64,000 nucleotides of DNA from Candidatus Accumulibacter similis (GCA_013347225.1 CP054595.1:1916415-1980414); one strand, 5' to 3'. Positions 1 to 9,357 are shown, numbered from the stretch's first letter. Numbers and translations: made by a program. Notes: generated by a model not told the origin, from the letters alone.

Positions 1-289
1 CGCGAAGATTCCGCGGCAGGGAGCTCCACCTGCACGTAGCCTCAGCCGCCAACAGTGCACTCGAGGACCAGCGTGCCGACGGGGACGATGCCATCGTCGG
101 TGCTGACGAAGGGCTGGATGAAGTTGCCGCCTTCCATGCACCGTAGGAGAGGGCTGTTGCGTTGCTCGCTCTCTGCGACCTTACGGCAACGTGGCCGAAG
201 CCATCTGTTCTCACGGGTATGCGCGCAGACGGCAGGTGGTCGCATGCCCCGAGCGGGCCCGCAGTGACGGCGGATCGCTGGCTGCCGTT

Positions 290-850
290 TCAGGCAAAAC
301 CCGGCAGCCAGCCACTCTCCGTGTTGCCGGTGGCGGCCTCGAGCGTGCCCTGGAAGAGGGCCTCGATGACCGGCGGTTCGCGCCAGCGCTCATTGAGGAA
401 GGTCAGTCCGACCTCTTCGACCAAGGCTCCGCGCCAGTAATGGTTGGCGATCTCGTCGAGAGCCGACAGGCTGAGGCTGTGCGGCAGCCGCAGGTAGTCG
501 AGCCAGCTCGCGTCGTGGAACGAGCAGAGGTAGGCTCCCCGGCTGCGCGCGCGCACCAGTGCCTTGCCGAAGACGCGGGCCGGGTGCTTGTGGCGAAAGG
601 TTTCGGCGTCGATGCGGGTGGCGAAGAGCAGCAGGGCGTGCAGGCGGCTCGGGAACTGGCGGTACAGGCGTTGCCGGAAGTACTCCAGGTGGTACTCGGC
701 GAAGTAGTTCTGGACCGTCGTGAACTGGTCTTCCGGCAACGACCGGCCAAACGGATTGCCGACCAGGATGTCCCAGCCCGGCAGTTCGGCATCGTCGTCA
801 AGCCAGGCGTAGAGCTCGAGCGTCGTACTGTCCTTCAGCAAGTGATCCAT
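290..850 (-). CDS. hypothetical protein, 186 aa, starting MDHLLKDSTTLELYAWLDDD
   Basis: The C-terminal 186 codons of track ORF 290..1282 look protein-like. The upstream part is Arg/Ala-rich and looks non-coding. The internal ATG is at 848-850. I recognise no family. Confidence 0.55.
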   Translation of the reverse strand: MDHLLKDSTTLELYAWLDDDAELPGWDILVGNPFGRSLPEDQFTTVQNYFAEYHLEYFRQRLYRQFPSRLHALLLFATRIDAETFRHKHPARVFGKALVRARSRGAYLCSFHDASWLDYLRLPHSLSLSALDEIANHYWRGALVEEVGLTFLNERWREPPVIEALFQGTLEAATGNTESGWLPGFA

Positions 851-951
851 GATTTCCTGCCGCACTGATGTGCCGAAGCTTGCCGTGTCGCGCCTCGCGC
901 CGCCGGCGCCAGGGGGCGTTGCGGTGAGACCGCGAGCCCGCCACAGCGTGG

Positions 952-1371
952 CTAAGGCTTGCGGCCGAACTTGTCGACCAGACGGCCGAGTTTTTCGCTG
1001 GTCCGCCGGGCCTGCTCCTCCGCTTCCCGTTGCAGCTTGCGCTCGTCCGCCTGTTTGCGCCGCCGTTCCTTCACCATCTCCGCGGCATGGCTGCGGTGCG
1101 CCTCGGTGACCTCGCCGCTCGGCTGTCCATCGAGATCGAAGCGGTCCGTGGCTCCCGACATCGTCTTCAGATAGCGCAGCGCGTGCGTGTGCATCGCCAG
1201 GGCGACGCGCAGCGTCTTGCGATCGAGGCCCGGCACACGCGCCTGGAGCTGCTTGTCGATGCCGATTGCCAGCGGCTGGCAATCGCGGAAGACCGCGAAG
1301 CGTTCCTGCAGTTCCTTCAGGAGCTGACGGGGGTTGGGCTCTGGCCCGGGGTTCGTCGTCGGCGTTGTCAT
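952..1371 (-). CDS. ProQ/FinO-domain RNA chaperone, minimal type, 139 aa
   Basis: MTTPTT...LLKELQERFAVFRDCQPLAIGIDKQL...RVALAMHTHALRYLK is followed by a Lys/Arg/Glu-rich tail. This is the typical FinO fold plus basic tail. The ATG is at 1369-1371. Confidence 0.75.
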   Translation of the reverse strand: MTTPTTNPGPEPNPRQLLKELQERFAVFRDCQPLAIGIDKQLQARVPGLDRKTLRVALAMHTHALRYLKTMSGATDRFDLDGQPSGEVTEAHRSHAAEMVKERRRKQADERKLQREAEEQARRTSEKLGRLVDKFGRKP

Positions 1372-1522
1372 GATTATCGGTGTCGCAGAACGGGCGTGGG
1401 GTGGTGGCAAGAACAGAGGCGCAACGCGCCGGCAGATCGCTCTGCCGGCGCCGGGCAGCGATCGTCCGGCGGACCGCCCATGCCCGCGGCGTTGCGCCAG
1501 GACGATTTTCGCCCGCCGCTGT

Positions 1523-3508
1523 TCAGAAATGGATACCGCGCATGATCTGCGAGAAGGCGACCTGATCCGCTGTCTGTGGCGCCGGCTCATTCGGCTTGTG
1601 CGCGGCGGCGCTGGAGTCGGGGAACATGCGGAAGCTGGTGTTCATGACGACCTGTGCCACTTTCGGCAGCAGCGAGTGCAGCAGGGCGCCGAAGATGCCC
1701 AGCCGCGTGGCAATGCGGACCGGCTTGTGGATGATCGCCTCGACGACCATGTCGGCGGCCTCGTCCGGTGTCAGCGTCGGCACCTGGTCGTAGAGTTTGG
1801 TCGGGGCGATCATCGGCGTCTTCACCAGCGGCATGTTGATGGTGGTGAACTCGATGCCTCGATCGGCAAACTCCGACGCCGCGCAGCGCGCCCAGGCGTC
1901 CATCGCTGCCTTCGAGGCGACGTAGGCGGAGAAGCGCGGCGCGTTGGTGAGGACGCCGATCGACGAGATGTTGATCACGTGGCCCCTGCGCTTGGCGATC
2001 ATCGCCGGCAGGAAACCCATGGTCAGCCGCAAGGCGCCGAAGTAGTTGACCTCCATCGTCCGCTCAAAGTCGTGGAAGCGGTCGAAGGAGTTCTCGATGC
2101 CGCGGCGGATCGATCGGCCGGCATTGTTGACCAGGATGTCGATGCCGCCATGCTCCTCGTTCATGAACTTGACGAATGCCTCGCACTGCTGCGGGTCGGC
2201 GACGTCGACCGCGTGCGTGATCAGGCGCAGCCCGGCATCCTCGAACTCCTTGCGGACTTCATCGAGCGCTTTCGCGTCGCGGGCGATGGTGACGGCGATC
2301 GCGCCCGCTTCGGCCATCTTGCGGATCGTCGCCTTGCCGATTCCCGACGAGCCGCCGGTCACCAGCACCACCTTGCCTTCGACCTGCCCGCGCAGCGTCC
2401 GATCGACGAACAGGTCAGGGTCGAGATGGCGCTCCCAGTAGTCCCACAGGCGCCAGGCGTAGCTGTCGAGCGGTGGCACCGCTATGCCGCTACCCTTGAG
2501 CGCGCGCTGTGTCTCGCGGCAGTCGAAACGCGTCGGGTAGTTGACGAAGTCGAGAATGTCGTCGGGCAGCCCCAGATCCTTCATCACCGCGGTGCGGATC
2601 CGCCGCACCGGGGTCAGCGCGAACATCGCCTTGCGCATCGAGCGCGGGATGAAGCCGAGCAGCGCGGCATTGATGCGCATCGCCATTTCCGGCGCATGGG
2701 CGGCGCGGGCGAAGGTGTTGAGGAGGTCGCCGACGCGCATCGGCGTCGGGTCCGTGAGATGGAAGCATTGGCCATCCTCGTTCTCGAGGTGCGCAATGTG
2801 GTCCATCGCGGCGACGACGAAGTCGACCGGCACGACATTGATGCGTCCGCCCTCGATGCCGATCGTCGGCATCCAGGACGGAAACATCCGGCGCATCTTC
2901 TGGATCAGCTTGAAGAAGTAGTAGGGACCGTCGATCTTGTCCATTTCGCCGGTGCGCGAATCACCGACGACGATGGCCGGCCGGAAGATGCGCCAGGGGA
3001 CCTTGCACTCCTGGCGCACGATACCCTCGGAATCATGCTTGGTCCGGAAGTACGGATTCTCGAGGTTCTCCGCCTCTTCGAACATGTCCTCGCGAAAGAG
3101 TCCCTCGAAGAGTCCCGCGGAGGCAATCGAGCTGACCAGGTGAAAGTGCCTGGCCTCGAGTTCCTCGGCCAGCCTGACGGTGTTGCGCGTGCCGTCGACA
3201 TTGGCTCGCTGCTGGTCTTCGGCGCTCGCCTTGAGATCGTAGATTGCGGCCAGGTGGAAGAAGTGGTCAACGCGGCCCTTCAGCTTGCGCACATCGGCCT
3301 TGGCGACGCCCAGTTCGGGCTGAGTCAGGTCGCCGACAACCGGGATGGCCCGGCATTCGTCGCAGCCCCAGTAGTCGTACCATTCCTGCAGGCGGGGCTG
3401 CTCGACGGCTCGCGTCAAAAAGTAGACCGTGGCCTCGGGACGCGCAAGCAACTTGGCGACCAGCCTCTTGCCGATGAAACCGGTGGCGCCGGTGACAAAG
3501 TAGATCAT
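1523..3508 (-). CDS. two-domain fatty acyl-CoA/fatty aldehyde reductase: N-terminal NAD-binding reductase domain plus C-terminal SDR, 661 aa
   Basis: The N-terminus MIYFVTGATGFIGKRLV is a Rossmann motif. A second Rossmann motif VVLVTGGSSGIGKA and the catalytic YVASKAAMDAW (YxxxK) lie in the C-terminal half. A strong SD (GGAGGA) sits 5-6 nt upstream of the ATG at 3508, so I prefer this start to the track start at 3541. The architecture resembles Marinobacter-type wax-ester pathway reductases. Confidence 0.85.
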   Translation of the reverse strand: MIYFVTGATGFIGKRLVAKLLARPEATVYFLTRAVEQPRLQEWYDYWGCDECRAIPVVGDLTQPELGVAKADVRKLKGRVDHFFHLAAIYDLKASAEDQQRANVDGTRNTVRLAEELEARHFHLVSSIASAGLFEGLFREDMFEEAENLENPYFRTKHDSEGIVRQECKVPWRIFRPAIVVGDSRTGEMDKIDGPYYFFKLIQKMRRMFPSWMPTIGIEGGRINVVPVDFVVAAMDHIAHLENEDGQCFHLTDPTPMRVGDLLNTFARAAHAPEMAMRINAALLGFIPRSMRKAMFALTPVRRIRTAVMKDLGLPDDILDFVNYPTRFDCRETQRALKGSGIAVPPLDSYAWRLWDYWERHLDPDLFVDRTLRGQVEGKVVLVTGGSSGIGKATIRKMAEAGAIAVTIARDAKALDEVRKEFEDAGLRLITHAVDVADPQQCEAFVKFMNEEHGGIDILVNNAGRSIRRGIENSFDRFHDFERTMEVNYFGALRLTMGFLPAMIAKRRGHVINISSIGVLTNAPRFSAYVASKAAMDAWARCAASEFADRGIEFTTINMPLVKTPMIAPTKLYDQVPTLTPDEAADMVVEAIIHKPVRIATRLGIFGALLHSLLPKVAQVVMNTSFRMFPDSSAAAHKPNEPAPQTADQVAFSQIMRGIHF

Positions 3509-3685
3509 CCCATCCTCCCCATGTTGGTAGCCTGTAATCATGTTGCGTGCCTGTCCTGCGTTCCTGGTTGGAGGAGACTGTGCAGGCCTTTAGTGTGCGT
3601 CCTCTAGATATTGTCACTAGACTCTCTTTCCAGGGCAAGCAAAAAACTTGTTGACCTTTTGATTATCGTCTTTAAGGAGACCGAA

Positions 3686-4279
3686 ATGGGCAGGAAACTC
3701 AAGGAACTGGCTGGTGGCGTGGGCGAGAACCAACTGGCGTCGACCGTCAAGGAGTCGGCGCAGCAGATCTGGCTGGCCGGGCTTGGCGCCTTTGCCAAGG
3801 CGCAGGAAGAAGGCGGCAAGGTGTTTGAGGCGCTGGTCAAGGAAGGCGAGAGCATCCAGTCGAGGACACGGAAGATGACTGATGAGCGGATCGCGCAGGT
3901 GGCCGGCAAGGCTGCTGGTACTTGGGACCGGCTGGAGCAGGTCTTCGAGGACCGGGTTGCGCGCGCGCTGGGCAGCCTCGGTGTTCCGAGCAAGCAGGAT
4001 ATCGAACGTCTCTCGCGACGCGTCGTTGAGCTGAGTGCAGCCGTACAGGCGCTGACCGAAGGGAAGGCGCCGCCGAAGGCGGCTGCGAGAGCCGCCAAAC
4101 CGGCGACGCAGGAGGCCGCCAGCACTGGCGCCGAGCCTGCGGAGAAGGCTCCTGCGAACAAGCCGGCTACGGCGCGGCCGGCGGTCCGGCGTGCCGCTGC
4201 CAGGCCGGCTGCCGTCAAGGCGATGCCGCCGGTGACGCCGGCTGACGTGCTTAATACGCTTCCGCAGACAGGCGAGTAA
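3686..4279 (+). CDS. phasin (PHA granule-associated protein, PhaF/PhaI-like) with Ala/Lys/Pro-rich C-terminal tail
   Basis: AAGGAG lies upstream of the ATG at 3686. The QQIWLAGLGAFAKAQEEGGKVFEALVKEGE phasin signature is present. The tail reads KAPPKAAARAAKPATQEAA...KPATARPAVRRAAARPAAVKA. Confidence 0.85.
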   Translation: MGRKLKELAGGVGENQLASTVKESAQQIWLAGLGAFAKAQEEGGKVFEALVKEGESIQSRTRKMTDERIAQVAGKAAGTWDRLEQVFEDRVARALGSLGVPSKQDIERLSRRVVELSAAVQALTEGKAPPKAAARAAKPATQEAASTGAEPAEKAPANKPATARPAVRRAAARPAAVKAMPPVTPADVLNTLPQTGE

Positions 4280-4282
4280 GCC

Positions 4283-4312
4283 GCTGCGTGCGGGGCCAGC
4301 AGGCCCCGCAGC
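4283..4312 (+). terminator. possible intrinsic terminator after the phasin gene
   Basis: The hairpin is GGGGCC-agca-GGCCCC, extended by GCTGC/GCAGC with a 4-nt bulge, followed by CATCTTCC. The U-tract is weak. Confidence 0.35.
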
Positions 4313-4491
4313 CATCTTCCTGAGTCCGGTCGGACCGACGGCCGATGGCGCGGGCCACCTCGCACGCGAGGCGGTTGCCGTGTTGCCGCGGCTGTCTGTC
4401 GTCGGTGCGGGCGCCGACGAGAGCGTTGCCCACAAACCTGCGGGCGAGCGGCTGCCACCGCCCGCTTCCCCATCGTGAAAGGACGACCTTG

Positions 4492-5709
4492 ATGAACGCT
4501 GCGACGACGCATCCGACGATCGGCTTGGCGCTTGCCGGTGGTGGCCCGGTTGGGGGCATCTACGAGGTCGGCGCCATGGCGGCTCTGGCGGAAGCGCTCG
4601 ACGGCGTCGACTTCACCGCCTTCGGAATCTACGTCGGTGTCAGTTCGGGAGCCTTCATCTCGGCCGCGGTTGCCAACGGGCTCGGGCCTGACAAGTTGGC
4701 ACGGATGCTGGTCGAGAACGACGCGGACGAGGTCTTCGATCCCGAGATGCTGCTGCGACCGGCCTTTGGCGAGTACGTGCGGCGTGCCTTGGCAGTGCCG
4801 GTCCTGTTCTGGTCCTCGCTTCGCCAGTACCTGTCGGATCCCTGGCATCTGCGCCTGATCGAGGCCTTCCAGAGCCTGAGTCATGCGATTCCCGCCGGGG
4901 TCTTCAACAGCGCCGGCATCGATCAACTGCTCCGCCGGCTCTTCTCCAGCGGTGGCCGCACAAACGACTTCCGGCAACTGAAGCACCGCCTGTTCATCGT
5001 CGCGACCGACCTTGACACTGGTGAGTCGGTCGCCTTTGGCTCGCCCGCATACGCTGACGTGCCGATTTCGGTCGCGGTCCAGGCGAGCGCCGCGCTGCCG
5101 GGCCTGTTTCCACCGGTGCGCATCGGCGACCGCTATTTCGTCGATGGCGCCCTGATCAAGACCCTGCACGCTTCGGTGGCACTGCAGGCCGGCGCCGAAC
5201 TGCTGATCTGCATCAACCCGCTGGTACCGTTCGACTCGCGCCTGGCGGCACAGCGACCGTTGCACGGGAATCTGCCGCATGCCCCGGAGCACCTGGTCGA
5301 CGGCGGTTTGCCGGTGGTCCTGTCGCAGACCTTCCGCGCCATCATCCATTCGCGGATGCGCACCGGAATGGATCGCTATCGGCACGAATTCAAGGGGCGG
5401 GACGTCGTCCTGTTCGAACCGACCCGCGACGACGCCGACATGTTCTTCACCAACGTCTTCAGCTATCGTGGGCGCAGCCGGCTCTGCGAGCACGCCTATC
5501 AGCGGACGCGCAGCGATCTCTACCGGCGGCGGCACGAGTTGCGGCCAATTCTTGCCAGACACGGCATCGAGCTCAATCTCGGGGTACTCAAGGATCACAG
5601 CCGGTCGCTACTGCCGCGCAAGCGCCGTCCCGACCTGGCGACGAGCGCGAGTGCACTGGACGCCTCGCTGCTGGACCTCGAACGCTGGTTGCGGATGCAG
5701 CAGGCCTGA
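4492..5709 (+). CDS. patatin-like phospholipase/lipase
   Basis: It carries the oxyanion motif LALAGGGPVGG, the nucleophile motif GVSSG (GxSxG) and the catalytic Asp in YFVDGALIK. The ATG is at 4492. Confidence 0.85.
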   Translation: MNAATTHPTIGLALAGGGPVGGIYEVGAMAALAEALDGVDFTAFGIYVGVSSGAFISAAVANGLGPDKLARMLVENDADEVFDPEMLLRPAFGEYVRRALAVPVLFWSSLRQYLSDPWHLRLIEAFQSLSHAIPAGVFNSAGIDQLLRRLFSSGGRTNDFRQLKHRLFIVATDLDTGESVAFGSPAYADVPISVAVQASAALPGLFPPVRIGDRYFVDGALIKTLHASVALQAGAELLICINPLVPFDSRLAAQRPLHGNLPHAPEHLVDGGLPVVLSQTFRAIIHSRMRTGMDRYRHEFKGRDVVLFEPTRDDADMFFTNVFSYRGRSRLCEHAYQRTRSDLYRRRHELRPILARHGIELNLGVLKDHSRSLLPRKRRPDLATSASALDASLLDLERWLRMQQA

Positions 5710-5817
5710 TCTGCCCGCATTGACCCAGCGCGCGTGCGTGTTGATGCCGACGAGGATTCACCGGCGCCCCGCAGGGTGCTATTCTGCTTTCTGCCGACAG
5801 ATCATCACGGAGAGCTG

Positions 5818-6465
5818 ATGGACAGGAAACCGAAGCGGCGTACGCGCGAGCGCATCATTGAAACGAGCCTGCGGCTGTTCAACGATTTTGGCGAGCCGAA
5901 CGTGACGACGACGGTCATTGCGGACGAAATGAACATCAGCCCGGGCAACCTCTACTATCATTTTCACAACAAGGATGAAATCCTGGAGTCGATCTTTGCC
6001 GTCTTCGAGCGGGAGATCGAGGACACGCTCGCCGCGCCAACCCGACGGCCTGCAGACGTGGAAGACATCTGGCTGTTCCTGCATCTGCTTTTCGAGCAGA
6101 TCTGGAAGTACCGCTTCTTCTACCGCGACCTGAATGACCTGCTGACGCGCAATCGTCTGCTGGAAATCCATTTCCGACAGATCCTCGCGCACAAGGTGCG
6201 GACCGCGACGACCCTCTGCGAGGGTCTGGTTCTGGCGGGCGCCATGCGTGCCAGCAGCGATGAGTTGCGGGCGCTGGCAACGAACATGACGGTCATCGCC
6301 ACCTATTGGCTGTCCTACGAGTATGCCTGTGATCCACGTGGCAAGCTCGAAAGCGGTCGTATTGGACGCGGCGTCTATCAGGTGATGGCGATGCTGTCAC
6401 CATTTCTGGTCGGCGAATCGAAGGGCCTGCTCGACCGGCTGTCCAAGGAATACCTGGCGCCCTGA
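5818..6465 (+). CDS. TetR/AcrR family transcriptional regulator
   Basis: The N-terminal HTH reads RERIIETSLRLFNDFGEPNVTTTVIADEMNISPGNLYYHFHNKDEIL. Confidence 0.9.
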   Translation: MDRKPKRRTRERIIETSLRLFNDFGEPNVTTTVIADEMNISPGNLYYHFHNKDEILESIFAVFEREIEDTLAAPTRRPADVEDIWLFLHLLFEQIWKYRFFYRDLNDLLTRNRLLEIHFRQILAHKVRTATTLCEGLVLAGAMRASSDELRALATNMTVIATYWLSYEYACDPRGKLESGRIGRGVYQVMAMLSPFLVGESKGLLDRLSKEYLAP

Positions 6466-6514
6466 GAGGGTGCCGGTGACAAGAGAGCTTTCCCAACCTA
6501 TCGAGGAGGATGCC

Positions 6515-7288
6515 ATGGCCTGGAACAAGTTTCCCTATCCCGACAAGGCGTACGGCCATGCCGGCGCTGCCCTGCAGAAGAACTGGGCACGCCTGCATCG
6601 CGGCGACTGCGAACCTTTTCCCGCCGATGCGAAGCTGCAGGATGCATGGCGCAGCTATCACGCCGGTGATTTCGAACAGGCGGTCGCTGCCGGACTGGAC
6701 TGCGGCATCGCCGGTTACAACGTTGCCAACAAGGCAGCGACGATCTATGCCAGCTACCTCGAGACCGATGACGAGCGCAAGCTCAGTCTGCTGAACGAGG
6801 TGGCGCAGCGTTGCGAGGAGCAGCAGGAGAAGACGCCGGACGATGCCAACGCCTGGTATCTGCATGCCTTCGCCCTGGGTCGCTACAGCCAGAGCATCTC
6901 GGTCGTCAAGGCACTGGCGCAGGGGCTGGGTGGCAAGATCAAGCACAGCCTGACGCAGGCTCTCACCCTGCAGCCGGCGCACGCCGACGCGCATATTGCT
7001 CTGGGTGCCTATCACGCCGAAGTGATCGACAAGGTTGGAGCGTTGGTCGGTGGCATTACCTACGGTGTAAGAAAGGACGTGGGCAAGGAACTCCTCGAGA
7101 CGGCGATGAAACTCAACCCCGACTCGGCGATCACCCGCATCGAGTACGCCAACGCGCTGCTCCTCATGTTCGGCAAGACGAAGATGAAGGAGGCCGAGCG
7201 GCTGTACGAGGAAGCGGCAACGTGCGTGCCCCTGGACGCCATGGAGCGGCTCGACGTCGAGGCTGCGAAGGCTGAACTCGCCGACTGA
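6515..7288 (+). CDS. hypothetical all-helical (TPR-like?) protein, 257 aa
   Basis: GAGGAGGA lies upstream of the ATG at 6515. The sequence has coding-like composition and is helical and Ala-rich. I recognise no family. Confidence 0.6.
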   Translation: MAWNKFPYPDKAYGHAGAALQKNWARLHRGDCEPFPADAKLQDAWRSYHAGDFEQAVAAGLDCGIAGYNVANKAATIYASYLETDDERKLSLLNEVAQRCEEQQEKTPDDANAWYLHAFALGRYSQSISVVKALAQGLGGKIKHSLTQALTLQPAHADAHIALGAYHAEVIDKVGALVGGITYGVRKDVGKELLETAMKLNPDSAITRIEYANALLLMFGKTKMKEAERLYEEAATCVPLDAMERLDVEAAKAELAD

Positions 7289-7507
7289 GTCGTTCTACCG
7301 GGTGATCGTTGCGCTGCGGCCAGGATTGGAGGCGCAAGCGAGCGACGCGACGGATCGAGTCGGTCGGTGCGGGAGTCGGCGGGGTCGTGTGCAACCTGTT
7401 GGCCACCGGCGGTGCGCCCCGTCCGCGCCAGGCAAAGCGGGGCCACGAGCGGGCGAGCAACGCCACAGACTGGCGCAGCCGACCCATGCACAACGTCCGC
7501 GGTTGGC

Positions 7508-9019
7508 TCAGGCAGATTCGTGACCGCGGCTCATGCTGCTCAGGGTGAGCACATCGTGCGCCACGAGCAGAGGGTCGGCCAGGCGATCCGGGGTCTCGAG
7601 CAGTGCCAGCCACAGGAGCTTCTCGAATTCGCGGCCGAACTGTTCGGTGATTCGCTGCGGATCGTCGACCATGTTCCGGTCGCTGATGAGGCCGAACCGC
7701 ACGCAGCCATGGTACGACAGGATGCTGACGCCGATGCCGATGTCGCCGGCCTGCGGCACCCATGCCAGTTGCTGCTCGATCCTGCAGCCGGCGAGGAAGC
7801 GCGCCGCGGGTGACCCCGGTACATTGGTCATCACCGCCGTCGTCTTGCTGGTCAGCAGTTTGAGCATCTGCTCCTCGACGAACCTCGGAGCCATGCCGGC
7901 GGCGCCAAGCAGGGCAAAGGTCAGCATCGCCTGATACGACGACTTCAATGCCGCCATTCTGGCGCGCGTTGCGTAGAGGCGCGCGAGCGGGTTGTCGCTG
8001 GCAAGCGGCAACTCGAGCGCGACCAGACCGAAGTGGTTGCCAAGTTCCTCGCTGTCACCCGGTTGCCGCAGGTTGACCGGCACCATGGCGCGAATCTCGA
8101 CCCCTTCCACGGCATCACCCTTGTTCACCAGATAGCTGCGCATGGCGCCGGCGACCGAGGCGAGCAGCAGGTCATTGACCGAGCACGAAAGCGCCTGTCC
8201 GACGGCCTTGATCTCCGCCAGCGGCAGCGGTTCAGACCAGGCGACGCGCTTGACGGTGCCCGCCTTTCCCTTGAAACGGGTATGTGTGTCATCGGGCATC
8301 AGGGCGAGCCTGCCAATCTCCTCGGCAACGGCCCGGACAACACTGGCGTAGTCGAGCAGACTGGCCGGATCACGGCGCAGCCCCTGGTATTGGCCCCAGA
8401 GATTGCCACCGAGACTCAGCGAAGCCTGCGCCACATCGGCGAGTGGATCGATCACCGCGCGCCAGAAACCGCTGCCGCTGTCGCCGCTGGCGTCGCGTTG
8501 CCGGCGCGCCGGCCGTTCGGCTGGCACGGTCGCCGGCTGCCCACCGTTCGTCGGTGCGTCGGCCCGGTCGTCGGTCAGCGAGTCGATGACGCCGATGAGG
8601 GCGATTCCGTCGGCGATGGCGTGGTGGATGCGGATGACGATGGTCGAGTTGCCGTCAGCCGTGTCCACGACGTTGAACTCCCAGCGTGGCCGTGCCGGGT
8701 TGAGCGGCGTGCTCGCCATCTCGGCGACGAAAGTCTGCAGTTCATGTTTGCCGCCGGGCGGCGGCAAGAGCGAACGGCGAACATGTGCTTCGATCGCAAA
8801 GTCCGCATCGTCAACCCAGCACGGGCCATCGGCGTCTTCGGTGATGATCTGGCGAAAGCGCCGGTAGCGCAGCAGGCGCCCGGCAACCGTCCGCTTCAGT
8901 CGCTCGTCATTGATGCGGCCACTGCAGACGATGATGCCCAGGATCTGCATCAGGTTCTCCGGACGATCCATTCGCAGCCAGGCCGTGTCGACGCTGGAGA
9001 CTCTTTCGCGCGCGGTCAT
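7508..9019 (-). CDS. wax ester synthase/diacylglycerol acyltransferase (WS/DGAT)
   Basis: The N-terminus MTARERVSSVDTAWLRMDRPENLM is typical for the family. The catalytic motif HHAIADG (HHxxxDG) is present. Confidence 0.85.
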   Translation of the reverse strand: MTARERVSSVDTAWLRMDRPENLMQILGIIVCSGRINDERLKRTVAGRLLRYRRFRQIITEDADGPCWVDDADFAIEAHVRRSLLPPPGGKHELQTFVAEMASTPLNPARPRWEFNVVDTADGNSTIVIRIHHAIADGIALIGVIDSLTDDRADAPTNGGQPATVPAERPARRQRDASGDSGSGFWRAVIDPLADVAQASLSLGGNLWGQYQGLRRDPASLLDYASVVRAVAEEIGRLALMPDDTHTRFKGKAGTVKRVAWSEPLPLAEIKAVGQALSCSVNDLLLASVAGAMRSYLVNKGDAVEGVEIRAMVPVNLRQPGDSEELGNHFGLVALELPLASDNPLARLYATRARMAALKSSYQAMLTFALLGAAGMAPRFVEEQMLKLLTSKTTAVMTNVPGSPAARFLAGCRIEQQLAWVPQAGDIGIGVSILSYHGCVRFGLISDRNMVDDPQRITEQFGREFEKLLWLALLETPDRLADPLLVAHDVLTLSSMSRGHESA

Positions 9020-9096
9020 TGCAGGGGCCCCAGGGAAAAATTCGAAGCCATATAATAGCAAGCCGTTGCAACCGATCATCAACCGGAGAACCCAGC

Positions 9097-9357
9097 GTGA
9101 GTGACCTGACAGCCCAGTTCGAGGCCGCCGTGGCCAGTTCCAAGAAGCTGCCCGAGCGTCCCGGCAACGCCACCCTGTTGAAGCTGTATGCGCTCTACAA
9201 GCAGGCCAGCGAGGGTGACGTCACCGGCAGGCGCCCGGGCTTCACCGACATGGTCGGTCGTGCCAAGTTCGATGCCTGGGCGGCGCTGAAGGGCACGACG
9301 GGCGAAGATGCGATGCAACAGTACATCGCGCTGGTCGAGCAGTTGCGGGCAGGCTGA
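9097..9357 (+). CDS. acyl-CoA-binding protein (ACBP), 86 aa
   Basis: The start is GTG at 9097, after GGAGAA. The motifs LLKLYALYKQASEGD and KFDAWAALKG are present, and the length is typical for ACBP. Confidence 0.85.
   Translation: MSDLTAQFEAAVASSKKLPERPGNATLLKLYALYKQASEGDVTGRRPGFTDMVGRAKFDAWAALKGTTGEDAMQQYIALVEQLRAG

Noticed and set aside
1334-3607. 757-aa plus-strand ORF
   Set aside because: It is exactly antisense to the well-supported acyl-CoA reductase gene. Its Arg/Gly/Asp/His-rich low-complexity translation is a typical shadow ORF of a high-GC genome.
3600-3685. Specific PhaR operator call in the phasin upstream region
   Set aside because: The AT-rich segment contains GCAAGCAAAAAAC, but it does not match the PhaR repeat as I remember it. 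I report only an unspecified operator candidate.
3604-5598. 664-aa minus-strand ORF
   Set aside because: It is antisense to the phasin and patatin genes. The translation is Arg/Ala/Pro-rich with no motifs. It is a shadow ORF.
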